A stretch of 55,691 nucleotides of DNA, counting the filler, from Platydemus manokwari (lineage: Eukaryota): NCBI GenBank assembly GCA_037951405.1. It is 5 parts of 5 records of this genome, joined end to end, with 100 filler letters (N's around TTAATTAATTAA, not from the genome) between each part and the next. Parts side by side here need not be neighbours in the genome. Positions count along the whole stretch, not along the records: positions 33,396 to 45,699 come from JBBMOY010202228.1; 4 more parts are not named here. One strand, written 5' to 3'. The position numbers and the translations under genes were made by a program. This document shows positions 33,296 to 45,799 of this stretch, piece after piece. How positions within the stretch are numbered: the stretch's first letter is position 1; each line of letters begins with the position of its first letter. Below the pieces are notes generated by a model that saw only the letters and a program-made list of their open reading frames with translations, did not search any database and was not told the origin of the DNA.

Positions 33296-33395
33296 NNNNN
33301 NNNNNNNNNNNNNNNNNNNNNNNNNNNNNNNNNNNNNNNTTAATTAATTAANNNNNNNNNNNNNNNNNNNNNNNNNNNNNNNNNNNNNNNNNNNN
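33296..33395. other. Assembly gap with synthetic linker
   Basis: 44N-TTAATTAATTAA-44N. Confidence 0.95.
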
Positions 33396-35062
33396 TTTAA
33401 ATGATTTGGTAAAACAAAAACTTTAAACAACTAAAAAACATGAATAACTTTTGACTCAGCCTAATACATAAATAAATATAGATAAATTTTTCAGAGAACT
33501 ATATTTTTATTTATGTGGGTGACCACTCATTGTCCATTACTTTCATTATAAATTACACAACTACTCAGAACCAAAATAATATCAATTAATAATAATAGTA
33601 ATAATAATAATAATTAATAGATCAAGAAAAGCTGTTTCGATTAGGTTAAAATTCATAGAACAAATAAGACTACATAAAAAAAGGTTTCACAGCAAGAATG
33701 AAAAGAAGGATTATTACAGGATCTCCGACAAAGAGGACCAGTGAGTTCTGTTACGAGTCAGTTCATTTTATAGTCCAAAGTATTTCTGTTAAAATGGGTA
33801 TTACAATCCAAATTTTATTTTGATATCAGTATTTTATGTTTTAACTCAACTGTTTCGATTGGGCACTTCCTAGTTTCCCAGTACTCACTGAAGAATTATG
33901 TCGTTTGTTCATTTTTGCATGTGTGCACCGATGAACATTGGTAATCCAATAAGCAACATTATTTTTCAAGATCTCTCTGTAGCTTGTTTAGAAACTTGCA
34001 TGTTTCCGTTTCAGGATTTACTTCATGGATTGTCTCAGGCTTTTTCAATTATGATTCGACTTACAATAATAACAAGTACCATGCCCTTTATTGATATTTA
34101 GTATTAAAATAACTATGACCTCAAGGTGGAATTAGTGAGCAATCAGTGAAAAAACATTACATATTTTAACGATAAAAATTTCAAACTTTATATTCTAAAA
34201 ATATTCCTAAAATTAAAAGTTTTTATTTGCAAGTCTTTCCATTTGCAATGCGATGAAATACTTCTGATTGTTGAGGATGATGGTTGATTAGTCTCTCTGT
34301 TTTTTGCTTCTCCTCATATCCGGATTCTTTAAATGAATTTTATATTTACCAAGATATAAATGTATAATTTTTAAAATCATAAGTTCTAAGATGGTTAAGT
34401 TCGCATGTTTATTTTAATATGAGAATGAGCTATATTTTATAACAATTTATTATTTTCTCTATGATATTGAAATATTCATATAATTGCTCATATTATTATC
34501 ATACATACCAGGATTTATTATGTAGGTTGTTGAGATATTCACAGTAACCATTGTGTTTATATTTAATGTACACAGGTCTTTAATTGAAAGCAATTTCATA
34601 AAAAGTAATTCTAAATTAATCTAATAACCGAATTCTAATTTTTATTTTGGATTAGTATTGTTATTTTTTTAATTAGTTTAATTTATACATTTATATTTAT
34701 TTGTTAATTTATAAGTGCTCTCCATTATTTATATAATATACTTATATTTCATTTATAAAGTAGAAATTTCGTCGAACCATTCTTACATTTTGGAAAACTC
34801 AATCGAATTTTAAAAAAATTCAACAAAAACCAAGTATTTTCGGTTTATATGAATTCATAATTTCCGAAGTTTTAATACACTATTTATATAGTTCAGGTTA
34901 TTAAATCCCTAGATTTGGTTAGTAGTACAAGTTTACGCGTTTAAATTGTATACAATTCAAAATTTAAAGTTAAAATGACAAATTTGGCCAAAATTTTTAT
35001 CTAACTTGATTCATAAATCACGAATTTTGTATATATATCGACATCAACATATATTTAACTCA

Positions 35063-35496
35063 ATGAAGTATGAGATTATTCGAAATATATTTTTAATTCA
35101 TGGTGATAAGTTTCTAGTTATTTTATTACTAATGATAAATATATTCAGCTTATATTTTCCTGATGATGTCAAACAAAATAGAGATGTTGAAATGTTATGA
35201 AAATAACGTAAAAGCAGATAATTGTAAATCTTGCAGAGTAAGGAAATGAGTTTATTAATAAAAAATAATCAAAATTGTAGAAGATTATGACATCTGAAAA
35301 TAAAGAAAAGGAAATAATAACATCGTGTTATAAACTTGATGGCTGCAACTGGACTTCTACAGAATATAACACAACTGGGAAATTGTATAAATTTGAGTGC
35401 TGTATGACAGATTTTTGCAATACTACTTCGATAGTCAGAGGATCAATTTACATATTTATTATGGGCCTTGTGGTCTTATATTTGATAATTAAATAA
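35063..35496 (+). CDS. Ly6/uPAR (three-finger, CD59-like) GPI-anchored protein, ~114 aa; exons 35063-35102, 35149-35237, 35281-35496
   Basis: Signal peptide split by a phase-1 intron, LKCY start, 8 Cys ending in CCMTDFCN, hydrophobic C-terminal GPI-type signal. Confidence 0.88.
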
Positions 35497-37054
35497 TTTA
35501 ACAATTATTAATTTTTCTTTATCGAAATAAAAAGATAATTTTTGATTTGAATTTTTAATATAATTATTATCATTTACATACTTCATTAAATTATGTACGT
35601 AAATAATGAAACTTTAATTTGAATTATAATTGACAATGTTTTAACGCACCATATCTGTTGATAGCTCAAATGAATTAGCTGTGAGATTTGATTATAACTA
35701 TATGTTTGCACTGATATCTTTTATCAAAATTTAGTATAAATCTATTATTTTTTTCAATCATTTAATGAAAAATCTTTCCAAGTCGCTTATAAGTCGATAA
35801 TAAACATTTTTAAATAAATTTACTGACAAAAGTAACTACAGAAAAACGACATTGATAAAAAATTCAAAGAAAGAAGTGATATGGTCATGCCACAAAATCA
35901 CTGTATCAATTGAATATCAATTAAATATAAATTAAAAGATACCAAAGTCAAATTGGAATGTTGTATGTTTGATCTTTACAACTCCTATTCAATGGTCAAA
36001 GATTCAATTATTTTGTTCATGCCAATCTTTCGTATTTATATTTACAAAATAAATAATTTAACTTTAATAATTTTTTATTAAAAATAATTTAATGTTTCAA
36101 TCGATATTTCCTTGTAAATAAATTCATTAAATCCATTTTTTATTAATCCCACTGTTAGGCATCGTTTTTGGCCTAGAAAAACTTAAAGTTAATATACGGT
36201 TATTATTAATTTTTTTCTATTGTGGTTTTCAGTAGTGTATGGAATGAATACTTTTTTTACTTTATAAGATAATTAGGAAATACATTTGCAACTTATTGAA
36301 TTAGCAATGCAAAAATAATTTCTTTTCACAACACTACTGATTGTTTTTTATTATCAATAATTAGTATGAAATATGATTTTATTCAATCGTTGATGCAATA
36401 GATGAGATTTTCTCAATAAACAAATCCTAACATTATAATTAGTGACGCTAACAACTTTATAATTTTAATGAAATTTAGCTTATGTATTTGAGTCGATCAG
36501 TGTGAGAATAGCTTTCGTCGAGTTAAATTGTGCCTAATTTATGAGCTAAATTTTTTAACATAGTCCCAGTCGACAATGATAAATTTTACTTATTATTAAA
36601 GCATGTTAAAAATTCAATGTCTTAATCATAAGATTTCAAATCTACATTTCCCAGAAATATTTTTATCCAAATTCAAAAATTTCAAGTTTACGTTTTTTTA
36701 GATTTTACCAAATACCTTGCTCTCACTGAATGTCCTTAAATTAATCATTCACTTAAATGTTAACAGCAATACTATTTTGAATTTAAAAATCCATCAAATC
36801 GTACCAGTGAATTTCAGAATCGATTTCAAAGATATAAACGGATTTTCCAAAATTTTACATGCAATTGTTTTATGTATTGTTTTAGTTTTTAATATATTGA
36901 ATCAAATGTGGTTTGCTAATCAACTAATAAGTCGAAATAAAAAAAAATCAATAAAAAAGCTTGGAAAATAAACCAATGAAAAAATATGACATTCTATTAT
37001 GTGTTTCATATTGAAAAAATATTGAAAAATAATCACTGTTTTAAAAAAAATAAT

Positions 37055-38040
37055 TCAAAGCTCGGTTTCTTCTATGCGTTCGTATTCGTTTTTATTTGCA
37101 CTGTCAATGGTCTGAAATAAAATTGAAAAACAATTAAATGCTTATATTTTGTTTAATTAAAAATTTATAACTTTTAATTAAAAAATATTTAAAAATCTGA
37201 TAGTTTTCAAATAATAAATAAAACAAACCTTGCTCAATATTTTTGTAATGAAATCATTTCTTGGGATGATATCTGTTGATATTCCATCTGAATTTTCTAT
37301 TTTGAATATATTTTCTGAGTTTAAGTAGCCAACATAATTTATGATGGCTGCATAACGTTCCTTGGATTCATACTTGATGCTTTTTTGTATCAAATGAGCC
37401 GACGATAAACAGAAATTTGCAATTGTGTGACAAAAGACTCCCAACAATGCGATAATCATAGACCACCGGAGATTATTAACACTAGATAATTCAGCAACAT
37501 AACTGTTTCCGTTAACATAATTGCTGTCGAATATTAGAAAAATGATAACCATACATAACTCTAAATAATTTGATTAATTTATCTGCATATTATGTAATAA
37601 TATTTAGAATAAGACCTGATAGACCAGATAACCCAATTGCAAAATAATAAATATTGGACACATTTGTGCTAATTTTGGCTTTGTTTTGAGACACAAGAAA
37701 AATAGAAATTAAATTACACGTAATGATTATGACTGACAATATTTGAGGCCAAGCAATGAAATCTAATTTTATATAACATAACTGTTTATGTACTAATCAA
37801 TAAATCACCTGTATTTATCCACTTAATGTCAGCTAATTTAGTTCCGTGTAAAAGTCTACATCCAGATGACGAAGAATCGGAATAATGACAAAAACTCCAA
37901 ATACCCAAGGTAACTTTATTAAAACTATTATAAACTAGAATTTCGACCCAAAATGGTGAAAAAATTGCAATTGCTTCAAAAGACGTTGATATTACCAAAA
38001 ATAATAAAGCAAAAACTATGCAACCTTCGGATTTCGACAT
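37055..38040 (-). CDS. Claudin/PMP22/EMP superfamily tetraspan membrane protein, ~255 aa; exons 38040-37809, 37762-37616, 37560-37229, 37111-37055
   Basis: TM1 followed by SPFW..LGIWSFC..C (W-GLW-C-C motif), four hydrophobic segments, LRWSMIIA before TM4, C-terminal -ETEL PDZ-type motif; phases consistent. Confidence 0.85.
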
Positions 38041-39913
38041 TCCAAAGTAAATAAAAAAAAGCTGATTATGTAATAGTGTATTATTTAAACAAGGAGATTA
38101 AATTCTTCCAACAAAATTTGTCTATTTAAGAATTATTATCTCAAAAATTTCGAAATAAATTAATTTAAAAATAAATTTCGAAATAAATTCATTTTAAAAA
38201 ATTTCATTTATATTTAGATAAACAGAGAAATTCCTAAAAGTAATATTTTGAATTTAAACTTTTTTCAAGTAAAATTGATTTGTTAATTAAACTTTACATT
38301 GCTTATACTAAACTTCTTTAGGGTGTTAAATAAACAACTATGTTTTGTATAAATTTTATAGTAGTAAAAATATTATCGTAATAAATTTTAATTGATTCTA
38401 ACTAATGAATTTATTTAAAATTAATTCAAGATAAATGTTTAACAAAAGCAAATTCCCCAAACATAACTCAGCATAATCATGGTGTAATTCGTGAAATAAA
38501 AGTTTAAATATGAACTGTGACCTATTGTATGATTGCTTTAAGTTGGTTGTGTGCTTCAAAAACTTCTTTTAATAGCACACAATACTATTAAAATAAAAAT
38601 TTATGTTAAGAATTATTTGTGGTAGGAATAATTAAGTAAATAATAAGTAAGTAAATAATAAATAAGTAAATAATAATTAAGTAATATTTTATTTAGTATA
38701 AAAGTGGTTTCTGTGAAGAATCCTTAAGATCCACTAAGAAAAATATTTTTCTTTGTCCTTTAAAGGATTTTTTTCATTAACATGGATAACTTGTTTTTTG
38801 TAATTTTGTCGATGTAATTTGTCGATTTGGCTTAATTAGATAATTGTAATGTTCAATTCGAACGTTTGGAAAATGTGACTCCATTAAGGTGTTGTTTAGT
38901 TAGGTTGTACGTTTAGATGTTATGTCTCACTAGAGTCTTGGCGTATTTAAATGATATGTTAGATGTCCTTCTGAAACTTTGAAAGCATGGAATAATATTT
39001 GTCTGCCCATTTTTCTCCAAGAGCATAACGGTGTCAGAAGATTTTACTGGGATGGCATTCATTGTTTAGGTCTTGGCCATGTATTTTGCTGATAGGACAT
39101 TAAAAAAAAGTGTTGAATGATTATATAGAACATCAGTTAATTGTTAGTTCATAGTTCAAGGTGAAAGAAAAGAAAAATTAGTTAGTTATTTTAATTCATG
39201 AAAAGTTATTTAATATAATATTCGTTTATTGGTTTAGGATTTAAAATTTAAAGAAGTTAGATTAAAATTTGGTGAATTAGGTAGGTGGTTATTAGTTTCT
39301 AATATTGGGTATTTAGTTATCTTTAGTAAAATCAACTACTGAAATCGAGCATTCTATTTTAATGAGTGATGAAGATGTTGGGTTAAGAAAAGCTACATTG
39401 AAATGTATATTGGATGAAGTTTCTTGTCGAGTGGTTCTACATATTTCAGAGAAAAGAGACCTATTTTTCTCAAAGTTGAGATTGTGATAATTAGCATAGT
39501 TTTTCACAAAGTCCCTGTTTATATTAATGCGTTTATATTAACCAACTTTTTAGAATAATCGCACTAAATATGTTCATTACAAAAAACATATTTTCTACAT
39601 CATTAGTAAGTATTACATTATAAGCATTATTATCATTTGTTTTACTAGGTCTCCATCGCAATGTATCAAATTCAGGGCTTCTTTTTCTATTGATAATTTG
39701 TTTTTTTTGTAATTACCTAACCTGTTTTCAATATCAGAATCGTAGCTTATGAACCAATATTAAGAATTTGTATTTAATTTTGATTATTTACTTCCAAAAA
39801 GTATAACATTCTTGATTCATGAAAGTATCGTTTATATTTCTTGGTTATGACTAGTCGTAGTTTGATTTTTTAAACTTTAATTTATCAATATAGCCACACA
39901 ATACAAAATTAAG

Positions 39914-40219
39914 CTATTGGTTTAGAAATTTAGATATATACACACTTGCAGGGCATAAATCACATTTAAAGATAAAATCCGTTTGATGTTTTTGGCCTTC
40001 TGAAGGAGACTGATCTTTCGCCAAAGCATCGACCTTTATGAAATTGACAGTTTTTACGGTCGAACATCGATATTCAACAGGGAACATGCTCTTCACAACT
40101 TGTAATAAATTAGTAAGCTGTTCCATACAAGAGAATATATACAGAACTATATTGCTAATTATAAATACCAATGTAAAAAGGGAGATAAGATAAAGCCAAT
40201 CATCGATAATTTTTGTCAA
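39914..40219 (-). mobile_element. Degenerate GIY-YIG endonuclease fragment (Penelope-like)
   Basis: KDQSP....FIFKCDLCPASVYISK resembles the KD..P...YxFxCxxC...YIG motif of PLE endonucleases. Confidence 0.5.
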
Positions 40220-42287
40220 GTCCGGAGACGATAGAAGCAGAAATCGGTAATAGATAGATAGAAAGAAAGGTTAGTTTGGTGATGAGTGATTGGATGGTGA
40301 AGTGGCAAATGATGGTGAATTTATTTCTAAGAGCTTCATTAATCCATAAGAAGAGGTATTATTTGAATCTATACCATACTGGATATTAATTGCAAGAAGC
40401 ACTCGTTACTACATAAACAATTTTATAGCCGTGATTTATAAGAGCTCTGCCATTTTCAATCCTTAGAGATTGATCATTCATCAGGCTAATGAATCTTCAG
40501 CATAGTCGAAGATTGATCATGGAAGCAAAACCAATTGATTATAACTTTCCCACGATAATTGCGATATCTCAATAAAATTTTGATTTAATCGTTGGCTGAA
40601 TAATTTATATAAAGACAAAAATACTTTCAAGAGTTCTAGTGTCGATGGTGTACAAAGCAATCATTTTATTTCCCAATGCTAGTTGCTAAATATAATTAAA
40701 TTCCAAGTGCTAAACATTCGAAATCGATTAGCAAGGTTGTACATTATTAATGATCGAAACATCAGCCCTATCCATATTCTTTTGTTGAAAGTTTTAGATT
40801 TATTTTTACTAAAATGGTAAACCATTAACCTTTAGTTAACAAAATTATATCGAATGTTATAGTTAAATGGTAGTTGAATACATTTTTTTATTACAGAAAT
40901 TTATAATATTAAATCGCTACTACCAGTTTTCATATTACAACCATCTCAATATGATATAATATAATTGAATAACAAATTAAATACTGGCTTCCAGAAAATA
41001 TTAAAAATGAAAAATATTGGAAATGAGATTAAGGTGAAGGAGACGTGCATCAATTAATAATTATCTACTAATATTGCATCGTCTTTTGACCTGTCAAAAA
41101 GTACCTTGAATCTATGTAACTAAGTAGTCACAAATCAATAGCACAACTAAGCTTAATTACAAGTAAAGATTAAAAAATAATACAATAATTGTAGAAACCT
41201 GGTAATTTTTATTCCATTTCAAAATATAATTGATCAATGACACATACTTCACTGCGTTAATTTTTTAGTTGTTAATCATCTCAATTTCAAAATTCAGTCA
41301 CAAGTATAAATTAATAGTCAAAAATTAATCACATATAATAACCACAACTGTTCATCGAAAACATTTGATCAATATTAATTATTATTTTTTATAAAATATT
41401 AACCAGAACACATTTGATAAAATGAATTATTTTGATCTCACAATATGTATAGAACCAACTTTCAAAATAACGTAAACAACTACACTGGTTGGTGATATAC
41501 AAACATTTAAGCGAAAATATGTCTACATTTGGTTTCTACTTTAATATAATCGAACATAAAGATAATCATAAGGCCGAAATTATAACTTTACCATTAACAT
41601 ACATTTATAATACCAAATTAGTAATTTAGTGAAACAGATCAAATATACTTTAACCACTTGTTTAAAAACTATAACTTATAAAAAATTAGATCATAATTAT
41701 GTTAACCATTTTGACCACCAATTTTATTGTATCTCAAAAATCAATATAATAATACACAATGTCTACTAAAGCGATTACATTGTAATCACTAAAATAATAA
41801 TAATGCTGTTTTAAATCGGTGAAATAAAGCAGAAAAAGCAGTATAATGTAGAGCAAAATGTAACAAAAATAAAATCAAACTCCACAAAATAATTTCAATG
41901 CTGCTCCTTCAGACCGTTGAGTATTCAGTTTTCTCATTAAAAAAAACCAAACAATAATTATCGATCTTTTATACAATATGCAGTTTTAACAATATAGGCT
42001 GGAAATCGAAAATTATTTCACAACTTAATAGGTAATGAAAATAATCAAAGAAAACAAACAATCACCTAAGATACAAATATGATTTTAAATTTCTCAATAA
42101 CCATCAGCCAAATAACCGAAAATGATTAAAAACGTTTACGAAAAAATGAAAAAGATTTACAATTGTTTTACTCTTGGCTTTACAATATCAGAAAAATATC
42201 AATATGATAACTCCTTGAATTGTGAATAAAATCTGCAATAGTTTGACTTGGTTTTCAGAGAAATTATCACGAAATATCTTGAAAACA

Positions 42288-45225
42288 TCAACGTCGATCT
42301 GTCGATGGGAAAAGAAATTTGAAATCCTTCATACATTTTAACATCAATGACTGATGAGATTTAGTAGACTTTATCGTAATAGATAAAAGCTGTGTCCTGA
42401 ATTATAAAATTAATATTTATTTCATTTATACAGGGACCGAAATCCCCACTACCAAAAATTATGCGCCCAAGCCACCTCATTAGAGGCAGTCGCAGAGGTC
42501 AACCTTGACGATGTGCAATGCCAAGGCTTCACTCTGAGGGTCTTGCCTGGTTGATCACAAGTTCCCTCACGCCAGGTTAGTTTAATGTTAATAAAATGGA
42601 TTAAGATTGAACCAATTAAAAATGGACTGATTTAATATCGAATGCTTGCATTTCAATATTTTTAAGACAATATATACAAAACCAATTCGGAAATAACAAA
42701 TACAATCACAGCGAGAGAGATACGGAAGGTAATTGTAAGATATCTATCCGCACATTTACATGTTTAAACGAGTATTAAAAAGAATTAAAAATTATACACA
42801 ACCATCACTACTTATAAATTAATCAGTAATTTTCATTAATAATCAAAAATAATATAATTATGCTTTTACTCATTGGTAATTGATATATTACAATTAATAA
42901 CAATAAAGAAATGAGAAAAAGCGTAATTATTCATAAGTTTTGAGGAGCTTAGTCGAATAATTAAATATTTTTTAAAGAAATAAAAAAATAATCAAATACT
43001 ACTTAAAATTTAATCAGTAATTTTTAACAAGTGAAATTTAGGTGGTATAATTACGTAATGGTTAATAACAAAATCTAGCTATATAATGAAACACTTACAC
43101 ACGTGCTTTGTCATCAGGATTTGTTTTCAGAAAAGAATCGAGAACTGTCAGAATAATATTTAATCCGAACTAAAAGACAGAAAATATTAAAACAAATAAT
43201 ACAATTTGTTATCAAACCTCATTGCTGCAGAAATTCGACAACGGTTGCAATTTGATGTTATCATTCAAACTGTTCGGTGTAATATTGCAATAAAATGTTG
43301 TAATCAACACCGACAATTCATCAGATTTTAGATTTCGTACTCGCGAACACACAATGGAACGCAATTCATCTTCGATTTCTGGGAAAAATTCCGATTCACT
43401 CATAGATATGCAGTTAAAGTATATCGTTCTCAATACTTGAATAAATTGAGTCGATGTAACAATGGCAATTGTCGATACAACAACTCGAGCACCTTTCGAA
43501 ACCGAAAGCAAATCGACGAATTTTGAGTTGCTCGTCACACAATCAATGAGCAATTTCAACAAATAATTCCTATGTTGTACAAGCACACCACGGCTTTTAT
43601 GCTGTTCGACCAACATTCGAGCGAGGGATTTGTCGACTTCGTCGATTCGCAAAACAATCGAATACATTTTTTCAATGAGACCTAATAACTCGCGATGTGA
43701 CCGAACTAGTTTATATGATGGATCACAATTCTGTGACGATATACTAGATGGATTTCGTTGTGGTAATTGGATTATTTGGCGCGGAGTATTGAGATTGGAT
43801 GGACTTAGCATTCCCAATGATTTCTCGAAATGTATCGGTTTTAATCCAGGCGAAATGCCATCTTTGTTTGGATCAATTCCAGCGCCTAGCTGTTCTCCGG
43901 TTATAGGAGAAGGAAGCAAACTAAGAGGATCAGAAATTGTCGTGCGACCCATTTGAAGAATTTGCAATTTTCTTGCTTCTGCTAACTCTTTCAGTTTCCA
44001 TTTTGTGTAATAATAATCATGAACATACGGATTGTCAGTCATTAGATTACGTGTTTGTATCTTTGTTAGCCATTCTCGTTCCGATTCACTCATCCAACCT
44101 CCTTCGTTTTGATCAAAATTTCTACAACGGTTCAGATAGATTTCTTGATTTTTCATATCTTCGTTTGATGCCCATTCTGGTAATGATGATTCATTATATG
44201 ATTTCGAAGGCGTTTGCAAACAAACTGATGAACGAGCAGAATTTTGAGCAATAAGCATATTCATAAGATTATAATAAAATGGATGTGCCATACAAAGCTC
44301 GATTTGTTGTTGGCGTGGTTGTAGTGAAAAATGATGAATTATTTGAGTTATTTCGTTGTTAAGTTGAGATGGATTGTTACCATATTTTGTTTGAATTTCA
44401 GTTAATTTATTATCGATAGCGACAAAGCTCATTAATTTCCTAAAATAACTTAATTGTGGTAAAACATCCATTGATAAATTCAATATTTGCAGTTGTTTCG
44501 ACAGAAGATTAAGATGATTAGACACAATTTGATTGAGCACATGAAGATTTGAATCAGATTTTTGATATTGTTGAAATTGTTCATTAAGTAATTCAGAAAA
44601 TTTTGTCAATTGTACAAATGATGATTCTAAAGGAACATTAAGAAAAGGCATTGAAACCTCTGATTCTTTTGAATTGATTTCATTTGAAAGTGCTACGTTT
44701 GACTGAGATTGTTCATTACCACAAGTAGAAGAATTATCAACTAAATCTAATTTATTAAAAGCCATCGTAAATTCTTCGTCTTTAAAATCAGTTTCATTTT
44801 TATCCCTACTGCTTTGATTAGATTTAAAAATTCCAAAGTTTATTAGTGACCCCGTCAATCCTAGAAGATCATCTGATGTTTTATCACGTGGGGTTACTAA
44901 ATTAGAGTCTACATTGGTCTTCCTTTCACCATTCAATTCATTAGTATCAAACTCAAAAGTATTAAAAAATTTATCATTCTCAAAACCATTTTCATCGAAT
45001 TCCCCTAATAGATTAAATTAAAAATTATCGTAAAAATGTCAATAAATTGTGGTTACAAGGTATTTCTGAATTAAACGTTAATTCATTTAATTTATCTTCT
45101 TCTTCTTCAACCTTATCAAGATTATCCGAGAACTAAATTTTAAAATTATTTTTGTTAAGAACATATTTGATTTTTGTATAAATAAATACTTCCAAGTCCA
45201 AATAATTATGCAGTTCTTCGGTCAT
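42288..45225 (-). CDS. PATL1: PAT1/PATL1 mRNA decapping activator, ~692 aa; exons 45225-45190, 45132-45057, 45004-43218, 43169-43099, 42396-~42288 (3' end uncertain)
   Basis: Acidic N-terminus EEEEDKLNELTF..WEF; Mid domain WMSESEREWLTKIQ..DNPYVHDYYY and PIHFEKSLGMLSPSNLNTPRQII; Pat-C LIEKMYSIVL, LLSVSKG, SNEFGLNII. Confidence 0.9.
42431..42583 (-). ncRNA. U1: U1 spliceosomal snRNA, variant 5' end (AAACUAACCUGG), 153 nt, inside PAT1 intron 4
   Basis: Reverse complement shows stem I (GAGGG/CCCUC, CUUGU/GCAAG, loop GAUCAACCAG), stem II (CCUUGGC/GUCAAGG, U1A loop AUUGCAC), stem III (CUGCCUC/GAGGUGG), GCG/CGC closing helix, Sm site AAUUUUUG and terminal GGGGAU-UUCG-GUCCCU hairpin. Confidence 0.95.
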
Positions 45226-45699
45226 AAATATATAAACAGTATAAAGAGCTAAAGGTCACTTATTTAAAACTATAGGAAATTAAAACAAATAAAATTTGCA
45301 AGCACAGGTTTAAATCAATTTTAAATGAAGTTTGAGCACATTATCCCATTATTCCTAAAACAGTTTTTGATTTATTATTTAAAAACTAAGAATAAGTTTA
45401 AAGTGAAATTATAAAGTAAGAAGAAATTTGAACATCGTAAGTGTTGTTAATAAAAATTAATAAAATAAACCACAAATATTTAATAATTAGTATTTATTAT
45501 ACAGTTAAGGCAGCTAGAAAATTTAAATTAAATTAAATTAAAAAGTATTAAAAAAATTTAAAATGTCTTAAATGATGAGTCATTTAGAATAATAAAATAT
45601 TAATTTATTTTGTTAATTTTTCAAATAATTTGAACCTAATGTTGTTTTGATTACAACGAATAATTCTAAATATAAACATAAGTTTAAAAAGTAAACACT

Positions 45700-45799
45700 N
45701 NNNNNNNNNNNNNNNNNNNNNNNNNNNNNNNNNNNNNNNNNNNTTAATTAATTAANNNNNNNNNNNNNNNNNNNNNNNNNNNNNNNNNNNNNNNNNNNN
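45700..45799. other. Assembly gap with synthetic linker
   Basis: 44N-TTAATTAATTAA-44N. Confidence 0.95.

Noticed and set aside
43630-44254. Two plus-strand ORFs of 108 and 105 aa
   Set aside because: Antisense shadows of the PAT1 coding exon.
18624-45225. Apparent cluster of RNA-processing genes (NCBP3, PAT1, U1)
   Set aside because: NCBP3 is >20 kb and two assembly gaps away from PAT1; only the U1-in-PAT1 nesting is solid.
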